This document shows positions 53,065-64,000 of a DNA stretch of 64,000 nt, piece by piece. Location: the NCBI GenBank assembly GCA_030611085.1, contig JAUWQI010000002.1, positions 37,961 to 101,960 of the forward strand, given 5' to 3'. The position numbers and the translations under genes were made by a program. The notes beneath the pieces were generated by a model that saw nothing but the letters and a program-made list of their open reading frames with translations, was not told the DNA's origin and searched no databases. The stretch comes from Dehalococcoidia bacterium (GTDB taxonomy: Bacteria; Chloroflexota; Dehalococcoidia; GIF9; AB-539-J10). How positions within the stretch are numbered: position 1 is the stretch's first letter; every line of letters starts with the position of its first letter.

Positions 53065-53988
53065 TCAAAGTGATTTTGAGACATTTAGCTGATAACCAGT
53101 AAGCAGCTTATATATTTTATTATATCGCTGTGCCGTGGATTCAACTAGATGGGGTGGCAACATAGGTGCTGGAGGTTCTTTATCCCATCCTTGACTTAAA
53201 AGCCAGTCACGGACTGGCTGCTTATCTAAGCTGGGCTGTGAACCACCAACCTTGTATTGGCTAGCATCCCAGAAGCGGCTCGAGTCGGGAGTTAATAGTT
53301 CGTCAATAAGGGCTAATTCGCCATTAATGAAGCCAAACTCAAACTTGGTATCAGCAATTATTACGCCTTTAGTTTTAGCGTAATCTCGAGCATAGCGGTA
53401 AATAAGCAAGCTTTTTTCTTCTAACTCTCCAATCAGGTCTTTAATGCCAAGTTTCCTTATGTCTTGAGCGTTCAGAGGACGATCGTGCTCCGTGTCGCTT
53501 TTGGTAGTGGGGGTAAATATAGGTTGAGGCAATTCTTGACTTTCCTTCATTCCCGATGGTAAATCAATACTGCCGACTTTCCCAGTCTCTTTATACTCTG
53601 CCCATGCCGAGCCAGACAAATAGCCCCGAACGATACATTCTACAGGGATACGCTCAGCCTTAGCTACAAGCATAGAGCGATTTATAAGGTAGTCAGGTAA
53701 CTCTCCAGAATGCCCCGAGAGATTCTTCACTTCGTTCAGAATGACATTGCCATCAATCACCTTAATAAAATGACTGGGAATAATATGGGCTGTTTTCTCA
53801 AACCAGAAGGCTGAAAGTTGATTAAGAACCTTTCCTTTGCCAGGGATACCACAGGGTAGAACAAAATCGAAGGCAGAGATGCGGTCAGCAGACACTATAA
53901 GAAGCTTATCACCTAAATCATAAACATCTCTCACCTTACCCCGTCGAAATAGGGGAAAGGGTAAATCAGTCTCTAACAAAGCAGGCAT
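53065..53988 (-). CDS. purC: SAICAR synthetase (long form)
   Basis: 307 aa; RGKVRDVYDLGDKLLIVSADRISAFD, IPVECIVRGYLSGS, IIADTKFEFG, TPDSSRFW. Carries an in-frame R1 repeat unit. Confidence 0.9.
   Translation of the reverse strand: MPALLETDLPFPLFRRGKVRDVYDLGDKLLIVSADRISAFDFVLPCGIPGKGKVLNQLSAFWFEKTAHIIPSHFIKVIDGNVILNEVKNLSGHSGELPDYLINRSMLVAKAERIPVECIVRGYLSGSAWAEYKETGKVGSIDLPSGMKESQELPQPIFTPTTKSDTEHDRPLNAQDIRKLGIKDLIGELEEKSLLIYRYARDYAKTKGVIIADTKFEFGFINGELALIDELLTPDSSRFWDASQYKVGGSQPSLDKQPVRDWLLSQGWDKEPPAPMLPPHLVESTAQRYNKIYKLLTGYQLNVSKSL
53717..53750. repeat. R1 unit inside purC coding sequence
   Basis: gagagattcttcacttcgttcagaatgacattgc; translated in frame as ..GNVILNEVKNLSG.. Confidence 0.75.
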
Positions 53989-54000
53989 ATTTTAGCTGTG

Positions 54001-55344
54001 CTAAAGGGCACGGGGAGCTAACTTCTCCACTCGTTGCCCAAGCTCCTTCAATTCAGTTAATCCCAAACGCTCAAAAATGGTATCTATATATTTTAGGTAG
54101 TAATTATAATCAAATAGCGATTCTATCTCAGATTCAGATAGATGAGCCAACATTTGGTGGTCTGCCTTAAGCAAGCTTAGAAAGTCTGCTCTCTCATGCC
54201 ACGCCTTCATAGCATTATCTTGCACCATCTTGTAGGCTTCTTCTCGGCTTAAGCCTTTGTCTATCAATGCAAGAAGCACTCTTTGAGAAAAGATTAACCC
54301 CTGGGTAAGCTCAAGATTATGACGCATATTTTCAGGATAAACCTTAAGCCCTTTCATTATGGAGGTGAATATGGATAGGGCATAATCCAGGACGAGGCAA
54401 GAGTCAGGCAGAATAATTCGCTCGGTAGAGGAATGGCTAATATCACGCTCACCCCATAAGGCAATGTTTTCCATAGAGGTTGAAGCATAACCTCTTATTA
54501 ACCGGGCAATCCCGCAAATACGTTCGCAGAGCTCGGGATTCCGCTTATGGGGCATTGCTGAAGAACCAGTTTGCCCTGCTTGGAAAGGTTCCTCCAGTTC
54601 GAGAATTTCAGTTCGCTGGAGGCTTCTTATCTCGGTGGCGAATTTCTCCAGGGAACCGGCAATTATAGCTAAAGTGGTCATGAACTGGGCATGGCGGTCA
54701 CGCTGGATTATCTGGCTTGATATCGGAGCTGGCGAGAGACCCAATTTGCCGCAAGCGATTTTCTCCACTTGAGGAGGCACAGTAGCATAAGTGCCTACTG
54801 CCCCTGATATCTTTCCTACAGAGATGGCTCTTTTAGCCTCAGCTAACCTTTCAGCGTTGCGCTTCATCTCCTCGACCCATAGGGCGAGTTTTAAACCAAA
54901 AGTGGTCGGCTCGGCATGAATACCGTGGGTTCGCCCCATCATAATGGTATACTTATACTCTATAGCTTTATTCTCTAAGACGGAGATAAGTTCAGCAACA
55001 TCTTGTGCCAGGATACCAGATGCTTCTTTTAGTTGGAGACTCAGGGCGGTATCCATAACATCTGAAGAAGTAATCCCAAGGTGGATGAAGCGAGACTCTT
55101 CATTCAGGCTTTCAGCCACAGAGCTAGTAAAGGCTGTCATATCATGATGGGTCACCTTTAGAATTTCAGCGATACGGTCTAAGTTGTAACTGGCTTTCCT
55201 TATCTTGGACATAGCCTCTGGGGGAATCTCGCCCAGCTCAGTCCAGCCTTCACAAGCAGCTATCTCTACCCTGAGCCACTGGTCAAACTTATTCTCCTCT
55301 GCCCATATTCTCTTCATCTGCGGTCGTGAATAACGCTCAATCAT
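54001..55344 (-). CDS. purB: Adenylosuccinate lyase
   Basis: 447 aa; RYSRPQM, GITSSDV, GRTHGIHAEPTTFG, GSSAMPHKRNP. Confidence 0.9.
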   Translation of the reverse strand: MIERYSRPQMKRIWAEENKFDQWLRVEIAACEGWTELGEIPPEAMSKIRKASYNLDRIAEILKVTHHDMTAFTSSVAESLNEESRFIHLGITSSDVMDTALSLQLKEASGILAQDVAELISVLENKAIEYKYTIMMGRTHGIHAEPTTFGLKLALWVEEMKRNAERLAEAKRAISVGKISGAVGTYATVPPQVEKIACGKLGLSPAPISSQIIQRDRHAQFMTTLAIIAGSLEKFATEIRSLQRTEILELEEPFQAGQTGSSAMPHKRNPELCERICGIARLIRGYASTSMENIALWGERDISHSSTERIILPDSCLVLDYALSIFTSIMKGLKVYPENMRHNLELTQGLIFSQRVLLALIDKGLSREEAYKMVQDNAMKAWHERADFLSLLKADHQMLAHLSESEIESLFDYNYYLKYIDTIFERLGLTELKELGQRVEKLAPRAL

Positions 55345-55346
55345 GT

Positions 55347-55805
55347 TTAACCTCTTGCTAACTCCTCTTTATATCTTTGATAGGCTTCCTTTACTTCTTT
55401 CTGTTCAGTGCCTAAAATCTGGGCGGCAAGCAAGGCAGCGTTTTTTGCGCCGCTTGTGCCAATGCCCATGCAAGCTACAGGAACTCCAGCAGGCATCTGA
55501 GCTATAGACAGCAAGGCATCTACACCCTTCAACTCGCTAGTGGGCAAGGGAACGCCAATTACGGGTAGCGTCGTCCAGCTAGCCAGGATGCCAGGGAGAT
55601 GAGCAGCACCACCGGCAGCAGCAATGATAACCTTAAAGCCCTGTTCTTCTGCTTTCAGACCATATTTCCTGAGCTTCTCTGGGTTTCTATGACCTGAGAT
55701 AACGGAGAGTTCATAATCAATGCCTAGCTGCTTTAACATATCCAGCGCTGGCTGTATTAAGTCGGTATCTGTTTTACTCCCTATAACTACACTTACTAAT
55801 GCCAT
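55347..55805 (-). CDS. purE: N5-carboxyaminoimidazole ribonucleotide mutase
   Basis: 152 aa; VVIGSKTD, SGHRNP, IIAAAGGAAHLPG, PVIGVP. Confidence 0.9.
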   Translation of the reverse strand: MALVSVVIGSKTDTDLIQPALDMLKQLGIDYELSVISGHRNPEKLRKYGLKAEEQGFKVIIAAAGGAAHLPGILASWTTLPVIGVPLPTSELKGVDALLSIAQMPAGVPVACMGIGTSGAKNAALLAAQILGTEQKEVKEAYQRYKEELARG

Positions 55806-55810
55806 CTAAG

Positions 55811-55952
55811 AAACTCCTAATTATAAAATTCTAATATCTAAGCTCTAAATCCCAAACAAATTCTAAATTCCAAATTCAAATACCAAAACTCATTTTGTTT
55901 TGAATTTTGGTCATTAGTGCTTTGATATTGTTTAGTATTTCGAATTTCGTGC
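55811..55952. repeat. R4 AT-rich long hairpin between purD and purE
   Basis: ctctaaatcccaaacaaattctaaattccaaattcaaataccaaaac tcatttt gttttgaattttggtcatt..cgtgctcaggatttagag. Confidence 0.85.
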
Positions 55953-57236
55953 TCAGGATTTAGAGTTTATCCCTTTTATCTCCCTTAAGGCAATATCCTT
56001 CCTATAATAACAGCCTTCAAAGTGAATGCTGGGTAAGTTGCGGTAAACTTTTCCTTGCGCTTCAGCCATATCTTTACCAGTGCTTGCTACGGTAAGCACT
56101 CGACCACCATTGGTATAGATTATGCCATCATTCCCCAATTTAGTTCCAGCATGGAAAATTACCACATCCTTATCCACCTTATCTAGACCTTTTATAGGAA
56201 AGCCTGTTTTGTAGCTTCCAGGGTAGCCTGCTGAAGCCATAACTACTCCAACGCAGGCATCGCTGCTCCACTCTATTTTTAGCTGGTCAAGATTGCCTTG
56301 AATCACCGCCAAGAGTATATCCACCAGGTCGGTTTTGAGAAGAGGTAAAACAGCTTGAGTTTCGGGGTCACCGAAGCGAGCATTGAATTCCAGCACCAGT
56401 GGCTCTCCATTAACAATCATTAACCCGGCATAAAGCACTCCCTTGTAAGGCATTCCTTCATTAGCCATCGCCCTTACTGTTGGCAGCAAAATGGTGTTGG
56501 TCGCCTTTTCTATAAGTTCAGCAGAGAAAAATCCCGGGGGACAATAGCTTCCCATGCCACCGGTGTTAGGTCCCTGGTCACCATCCCCGGTTTTCTTATA
56601 ATCACAGGCGGGAAGCATAGGCGAGACTGTTTCGCCATCGGTGAAAGCTATGAGGCTTACCTCTCGACCAGTAAGGCATTCATCAATTATCACTTTATCC
56701 CCGGCAGAGCCAAAGATTTTTGCCTCCATAATATCGCTGAGAGCCTTGTTAGCCTCCACCATAGAATTAGCAATAATCACGCCTTTGCCTGCAGCCAAAC
56801 CATCCGCTTTAACGACAACGGGCGGTTTTTGTTGCCCAAGATACTTGCGAGCCTCAGAATAAGAAGAGAAAACGGCTCCTTTAGGATAGGGAATGCCATA
56901 TTTCTCCATCAAGTTTTGGGCAAAAACCTTGCTCGATTCTATTTGAGTCGCTGCTTTAGTGGAGCCAAAGATGGGAATGCCTAAGCTATTAAAATAATCT
57001 ACTATGCCCGAAGCCAACGGCGACTCAGGACCAACGAGAACAAGGTCAATGTTTTTCTCTTTGGCAACTTTGCCTAAGGCTTCTATATCCGTAGGGCGTA
57101 TATTTAAATTTTCCGCTATAGCTGCTGTGCCAGCATTCCCTGGAGCGACAAAAACCTTATCTACCCTGGGACTTTGGGCAATCTTCCAGGCTAAGGTATG
57201 CTCCCTGCCCCCACCACCAATAACTAATATCTTCAA
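55953..57236 (-). CDS. purD: Phosphoribosylamine-glycine ligase
   Basis: KILVIGGGGREHTLAWKI.., ATP-grasp motifs. Likely TTG start at 57236 after AAGGAG (5-nt spacer), overlapping the upstream stop (TTGA). The ORF-track GTG 57263 is less likely. Confidence 0.9.
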   Translation of the reverse strand: MKILVIGGGGREHTLAWKIAQSPRVDKVFVAPGNAGTAAIAENLNIRPTDIEALGKVAKEKNIDLVLVGPESPLASGIVDYFNSLGIPIFGSTKAATQIESSKVFAQNLMEKYGIPYPKGAVFSSYSEARKYLGQQKPPVVVKADGLAAGKGVIIANSMVEANKALSDIMEAKIFGSAGDKVIIDECLTGREVSLIAFTDGETVSPMLPACDYKKTGDGDQGPNTGGMGSYCPPGFFSAELIEKATNTILLPTVRAMANEGMPYKGVLYAGLMIVNGEPLVLEFNARFGDPETQAVLPLLKTDLVDILLAVIQGNLDQLKIEWSSDACVGVVMASAGYPGSYKTGFPIKGLDKVDKDVVIFHAGTKLGNDGIIYTNGGRVLTVASTGKDMAEAQGKVYRNLPSIHFEGCYYRKDIALREIKGINSKS

Positions 57237-57610
57237 AGGCTGCTCCTTTGCGACGACCAACACTCGTGAACTTTGTGTAGCTCGTCAATGAAGAATTCCG
57301 AGTCATTATCTCCCTTGCAAAGACCTAAAGTGCGAGCTAAATCAAAGAACGGCTTAGCCGGCATTCCGCTCTGTTTATGCACCGCTACTACTGAAAGCAT
57401 CGGGCGGCCTTGCTCATGTTCATAGCGGCAGATTTCCTCAAGCGGCGGCCCCAACCGACGCCGATTCAAGTGAACCGATTTAGCCAACTCGCTGTAAGCA
57501 ATTTTACTTCTTGCTCGCGCTATCTCTTTGAGCTTTTCATACAAAGCTTGATGCACAGTATGCCCCTTTCCTGAACTTACTACGCCTGGTATAGCGCATA
57601 CAGTAGCCAC
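57233..57610 (-). CDS. Hypothetical protein, possible winged-helix DNA-binding fold
   Basis: 125 aa, GTG start 8 nt after AGGAG. IAYSELAKSV..LGPPLEEICRYEHEQGRPMLSVVAVHKQSGMP resembles the Atl/MGMT-like wHTH pattern without the PCHR motif. Weak call. Confidence 0.4.
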   Translation of the reverse strand: MATVCAIPGVVSSGKGHTVHQALYEKLKEIARARSKIAYSELAKSVHLNRRRLGPPLEEICRYEHEQGRPMLSVVAVHKQSGMPAKPFFDLARTLGLCKGDNDSEFFIDELHKVHECWSSQRSSL

Positions 57611-57717
57611 GAGTGAAACTCCTATAACACTTGGGGCTTAGCCTGAGGCTTCTTTTTCTTGTGCTTGCCCCGGTTCTTTTTTACGCCTTTTAGTTTAACT
57701 CTATTTGCCATAGCTTT

Positions 57718-57978
57718 TTATAAATTTTCCTCTTTGAATTTCTCAGCCTGAACAGGGTCGAGGTTCTGAATTAGTTTAAGCAACTCGGCGACATGCTCCT
57801 TCTCCTCTCCGATGATATGCTCCAGTGTAGTCACAGCCTCTTCACTTTCCATGCTTTCTATGTGCTCCTGATACTGGTTTATAGCTTGCAATTCACCTAC
57901 CAAATCCTCGCGGAGCATCTCCAAATCGTCTTCTATATCCAGTTGTTCGTCATCTCTTTCTTCCAAAGGATAATCCAT
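57718..57978 (-). CDS. Small ferritin-like protein resembling encapsulated ferritin (EncFtn)
   Basis: 86 aa; LVGELQAINQYQEHIE and IIGEEKEHVAELLKLIQNLDP parallel EncFtn segments LEAVDLYNQR and DEEKEHAAMLLEWIRR.DP (from memory). Confidence 0.5.
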   Translation of the reverse strand: MDYPLEERDDEQLDIEDDLEMLREDLVGELQAINQYQEHIESMESEEAVTTLEHIIGEEKEHVAELLKLIQNLDPVQAEKFKEENL

Positions 57979-58039
57979 TTTCTTTCCCTCCTTAATATTT
58001 ATTTGAGGCTGTTTATAGTTAACCGCAAAACTTACTATA

Positions 58040-58078
58040 ATTCACCCTCACCTTAATTCTCTCCCATCAAGGGAGAGG
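58040..58078. repeat. R2 repeat
   Basis: attcaccctcaccttaattctctcccatcaagggagagg. Confidence 0.8.
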
Positions 58079-58170
58079 AACTTTATGAGAACTTATGCAG
58101 GATACTATAATTTTGGTTTTCCGTTCAATTTTAGGTTTAGGCAATTTGGAAAGTCTTCACCCCCAAATTT

Positions 58171-58222
58171 GTAGTTGCCTGATTTATCAGGCTCTTATTG
58201 CCCAATAAATTGGGCAACTACA
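58171..58222. repeat. R3a repeat, hairpin form
   Basis: gtagttgcctgatttatcaggctcttattgcccaataaattgggcaactac (ends are inverted repeats). Confidence 0.75.
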
Positions 58223-58238
58223 TTTTTAACATCCTTAT

Positions 58239-59918
58239 TCACTCCCATTCTATCGTTGACGGCGGCTTACTGGTAATATCATAAACTACACGGTTCACAT
58301 TAGGCACTTCGTTAACTATGCGGTCAGATATTCTCGCCAAGAGGTCATAAGATAGGCGCGCCCAATCAGCAGTCATGGCATCGTCGCTAGTTATCGCTCT
58401 GATTGCTATCAAATAGCCATAGGTCCTGAAGTCTCCCATCACGCCAACGCTCTTGACATCGGTAAGCACAGCAAAGCTCTGCCACAGTTGGCGATAAAGC
58501 CTGGCTCTTTTAGTCTCGTTCATCACAATCCAGTCAGCAGAACGAAGTATCTCCAGCTTCTCCTGGGTCACTTCGCCAATAATGCGGATAGCCAATCCCG
58601 GTCCAGGGAAGGGTTGTCGCCAGACCATGTCTTCAGGCAGACCCAGTGCTAATCCTACCTCTCTAACCTCGTCCTTAAACAAATAGCGCAGTGGCTCAAC
58701 AAGGGTGAACTTCATGTTGCTTGGTAGACCGCCGACATTGTGGTGGCTCTTTATTTTGGCAGCTACTTTAGTTTGGGTGGAAGCGCTTTCAATGACATCG
58801 GGATAAAGAGTACCCTGGGCTAAAAAGTCAACCTTGCCTAATTTAGCTGCTTCTTCCTCAAAGACCTCGATAAATTCATTCCCTATAAGGTGGCGTTTCT
58901 CCTCTGGGTCAGTCACCCCCTGAAGTCGTTCCAGGAATCTATCCGCAGCATCTACATAAACTATGTCCATCTTGAGATTGCGCTTGAAGACTTTAAGCAC
59001 TCTCTCTGGTTCCTCGCGACGGAGTAAGCCGTTGTTGATAAAAAGGCAAGTTAGCTTATTGCCGACAGCACGGTCAATGAGAGTGGCGGTTACTGCCGAA
59101 TCAACTCCCCCGGAGAGAGCACAAACAACCCTCCCGTTGCCTACTTGCCTTTTTATTTCATCTATGCTCTCTGCAATGAAATTGGCAGAAGTCCAGTTGC
59201 CCTGGCAGCCACATACTTGAAGTACGAAGTTTTGAAATATAACTTTCCCCTGAGGCGTGTGAACTACTTCGGGGTGAAACTGTAACCCGAAAACACTGCT
59301 GTCGTTACCTATGACGGCAAGCGGTGCGTTTTCAGTGTAAGCCAAAGCCTCGAAATCAGGAGGCATTTCCATTATTTGGTCACCGTGGCTCATCCATACA
59401 GGGAAAGAAGGGGGGAGACCAGCGAAAAGAGGGCAATCCTCGGCACTTATATGTAAGATAGCATGGCCATATTCATGTTTTGCTCCTGAGGATACTTGAC
59501 CACCCAACTGAAAAACAATAGCTTGCATTCCATAGCAAATGCCCATTACGGGCAGATGGCTCTCGTAAATGTAAGGTAAAGGCAAATGAGCACCAGCATC
59601 ATAAACACTGGATGGACCTCCCGAGAGGATAACGCCTTTGGGGTTGAGCGAAGCTATCTTATCCCAGGGCGTGTCATAGGACACAAGCTCGCAATAAACA
59701 TGGCATTCCCGCACACGCCTGGCGATGAGCATGCTATATTGAGAGCCAAAGTCAATCACTACTATAGTCTCACGCTCGCCTGGTGGCTTAGGTTCAACCA
59801 CAGCTTGCTCGCCACGCAACTCCTTCGCCAGCTCTAGATAAGTGGAAACTTCTATGTCATCGCTAGTAGCAATTCTGTGACTCTCTAACTCGCTTCCCAT
59901 TTCAGAGTAGCTTATCAT
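58239..59918 (-). CDS. guaA: GMP synthase (glutamine-hydrolysing)
   Basis: 559 aa; [37 protein letters not shown]-terminal PPSTIEWE. About 50-aa N-terminal extension, so the start is uncertain. Confidence 0.95.
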   Translation of the reverse strand: MISYSEMGSELESHRIATSDDIEVSTYLELAKELRGEQAVVEPKPPGERETIVVIDFGSQYSMLIARRVRECHVYCELVSYDTPWDKIASLNPKGVILSGGPSSVYDAGAHLPLPYIYESHLPVMGICYGMQAIVFQLGGQVSSGAKHEYGHAILHISAEDCPLFAGLPPSFPVWMSHGDQIMEMPPDFEALAYTENAPLAVIGNDSSVFGLQFHPEVVHTPQGKVIFQNFVLQVCGCQGNWTSANFIAESIDEIKRQVGNGRVVCALSGGVDSAVTATLIDRAVGNKLTCLFINNGLLRREEPERVLKVFKRNLKMDIVYVDAADRFLERLQGVTDPEEKRHLIGNEFIEVFEEEAAKLGKVDFLAQGTLYPDVIESASTQTKVAAKIKSHHNVGGLPSNMKFTLVEPLRYLFKDEVREVGLALGLPEDMVWRQPFPGPGLAIRIIGEVTQEKLEILRSADWIVMNETKRARLYRQLWQSFAVLTDVKSVGVMGDFRTYGYLIAIRAITSDDAMTADWARLSYDLLARISDRIVNEVPNVNRVVYDITSKPPSTIEWE

Positions 59919-59963
59919 CGTGATATACTAGCGTCAAGAAACAATAAATGTTGGTGTTTGTTT

Positions 59964-60110
59964 GTCACCCTGAACGAAGTGAAGGGTCTCTTGGTTCTTC
60001 GTGGAGTTTATCCTGAGCCGTATGAGATTCTTCTGTCGCTTTGCTCCCTCAGAATGACACAAAGTGAAGGACTCAGAATGACAAGATACGAAGGGCTTAG
60101 AATAACAGCA
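59964..60110. repeat. R1 repeat (composite) ending in a 24-nt tandem array (60048-60110)
   Basis: gtcaccctgaacgaagtgaagggtctc .. gagattcttctgtcgctttgctccctcagaatgac .. ctcagaatgacaagatacgaaggg cttagaataac. Confidence 0.85.
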
Positions 60111-60128
60111 AGCTTGGTAAATCCTCTC

Positions 60129-60758
60129 ATGGACGCTTCACAGGAACAGGTGGAGAAAGGAGTTAAAATTCTTAGAGAAGGCGGGGTAATTGCTTTCCCC
60201 ACCGATACAGTTTATGGTTTGGGAGCTGATGCCTTCAATCCTGAGGCTGTGGCGAGGATTTATGCAATAAAGAACCGCCCTGAAACTATGTCTTTCCCTT
60301 TGCTTATTGCTGATATATCTCAATTGACCGCTGTAGCTGAACCAACATCCGAAATCGCCTGGTTTTTGGCGAGGCATTTTTGGCCTGGAGGGTTGACCTT
60401 AGTTTTACCCAGAGCAGCCTCATTGCCCCTCTATCTTGCTGAAGGCTCTACCGTAGGGGTGCGTATCCCCAACCACTCTATCTGCCTGACTCTTATTAAA
60501 CACCTGGGAAGACCAATAATCGGCACCAGCGCTAACCTAAGCGGCAAGGCAAGCAGTTTAACTGCTAACGAAGTAAAACAACAATTGGAAGACAAAGTCG
60601 ACCTCATTATCGATGGAGGTCAATGCCCTGGAGGCAATGAGTCAACCATAGTGGATATTACCGGTGGAGTTCCTATAATTTTGCGTCCAGGTATCATACC
60701 CCAAAATGAAATTGAGGAAGCCCTTAAGAAATACAATGGAGGAAGCACCAAATACTAA
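60129..60758 (+). CDS. tsaC: L-threonylcarbamoyladenylate synthase (YrdC/Sua5 domain)
   Basis: GGVIAFPTDTVYGLGADAFNPEAVARIYAIKNRP, GTSANLSG. The ORF-track start 59958 reads through R1 repeats; ATG 60129 (MDASQEQ..) is preferred. Confidence 0.8.
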   Translation: MDASQEQVEKGVKILREGGVIAFPTDTVYGLGADAFNPEAVARIYAIKNRPETMSFPLLIADISQLTAVAEPTSEIAWFLARHFWPGGLTLVLPRAASLPLYLAEGSTVGVRIPNHSICLTLIKHLGRPIIGTSANLSGKASSLTANEVKQQLEDKVDLIIDGGQCPGGNESTIVDITGGVPIILRPGIIPQNEIEEALKKYNGGSTKY

Positions 60759-60833
60759 TATCTAAATCCTAAAAATTAGGAATTTGAATTTTGAATTTGT
60801 TTAGAGCTTAGAAATTAGTATTTAGGATTTAAG
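60757..60833. repeat. R4 AT-rich repeat between tsaC and rpiB
   Basis: aattaggaatttgaattttgaatttgtttagag is the reverse complement of 25560-25592. Confidence 0.85.
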
Positions 60834-60836
60834 TTG

Positions 60837-61280
60837 ATGCGTATTGCACTAGGTTGTGACCACCGTGGCGTTGGAATAAAACAGGCAATTATGGAACTTC
60901 TCCCAAAGCTAAATCATACTTATCGCGATTTTGGTTGCTATACTTCCGAATCAGTGGATTATCCCGACATCGCCCAGAAAGTGGGGGGAGCAATAACTTC
61001 AGGCGATTTTGGCCAGGGCATTCTAATATGCAGCACTGGCATAGGCATGAGCATTGCGGCTAACAAGATAAGAGGTATAAGAGCAGCTTTATGCCACGAT
61101 ACCTTTACAGCACAACGAGCTCGCCGGCACAATGATGCCAACATTTTGTGTCTTAGAGGAGAAAATATCGAGGTTGACTCAGCCTTGGAAATCGTCAAAA
61201 CCTACCTGTCTACTAGCTTCGAAGGCGGCAGGCATATCCCAAGACTAGATAAAATAAAAACTCTAGAAACAAATTTTTAG
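60837..61280 (+). CDS. rpiB: Ribose-5-phosphate isomerase B
   Basis: MRIALGCDHRG, ILICSTGIGMSIAANK, RRHNDANIL. Confidence 0.9.
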   Translation: MRIALGCDHRGVGIKQAIMELLPKLNHTYRDFGCYTSESVDYPDIAQKVGGAITSGDFGQGILICSTGIGMSIAANKIRGIRAALCHDTFTAQRARRHNDANILCLRGENIEVDSALEIVKTYLSTSFEGGRHIPRLDKIKTLETNF

Positions 61281-61452
61281 CAAGTTTGGATCGTTGAGGA
61301 TAGAACCGAAGCAACTGAGAGTCCCATAATTTTGGTCGCTAAGTTGATTTGAACAATCTAATAAGGGGAAATTCAATTTTATAAACACCCGCCTTATTTC
61401 ATGGTGCATTATAGGCCAAAAGAAGGCAGGTTTTACTCTGCCCTAAAAATAC

Positions 61453-64000
<2,548 letters not shown>

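Noticed and set aside
57622-57711. 29-aa polybasic ORF MANRVKLKGVKKNRGKHKKKKPQAKPQVL as a gene feature
   Set aside because: It is too short, has no convincing SD and no family I recognise. It is mentioned in a finding but not listed as a feature.
57718-57978. A complete encapsulin nanocompartment system
   Set aside because: Only the EncFtn-like cargo candidate is present. No ORF of about 270 aa with HK97-fold shell character is adjacent or anywhere else in the window.
59958-60128. ORF-track N-terminal 57 residues of the tsaC ORF
   Set aside because: They are a translation of R1 repeats (VTLNEVKGL..LRMTQSEGLRMT..). The YrdC domain begins right after Met at 60129.

Overview
This is a 64-kb bacterial chromosomal window, mostly housekeeping genes, with at least five families of short palindromic or MITE-like repeats scattered through it. 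The metabolic gene content points to an anaerobic Chloroflexota/Dehalococcoidia-like organism, but that is inference from gene content only.

Core blocks, in order:
- HCS/IPMS-type (Re-citrate-synthase-like) enzyme, LeuCD-type aconitase and isocitrate dehydrogenase
- a divergent two-subunit B12 acyl-CoA mutase, then folD
- an ADP-forming acyl-CoA synthetase cluster: three alpha paralogs (one frameshifted) and one beta
- mutL, pcrA, asd
- a complete F1Fo ATP synthase operon
- tRNA-His and tRNA-Arg
- COG1900 / NIL-ferredoxin / COG2122 homocysteine genes, thi4, mtnA
- a four-tRNA cluster, ybeY, mutS
- pfkA plus a LacD-type aldolase
- purD-purE-purB-purC-purS, guaA, tsaC, rpiB, a NUDIX gene and ligA (partial)

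Accessory content:
- a 3'-truncated MmeI/Eco57I-like R-M fusion gene, translationally coupled to a stand-alone RadC N-terminal HhH protein
- two HicAB loci; one has a frameshifted hicA and a HicB-RHH-LuxR fusion

Two compact operons of unknown function are the best candidates for an undescribed system:
- (a) an AT-rich three-gene cassette at 40064-41790, encoding a TIGR04255-like protein and two orphan proteins, between ybeY and mutS
- (b) a HEAT-repeat / YaaA-DUF6884-like / (unknown N-domain + HhH-GPD 4Fe-4S glycosylase-like) operon at 48892-51345

The repeats sit inside operons, supply apparent start codons and C-termini, and occur in frame inside pcrA and purC. I saw no CRISPR array, cas gene, integrase, transposase or rRNA. 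All protein-family calls come from motif recognition by eye, with no database search.
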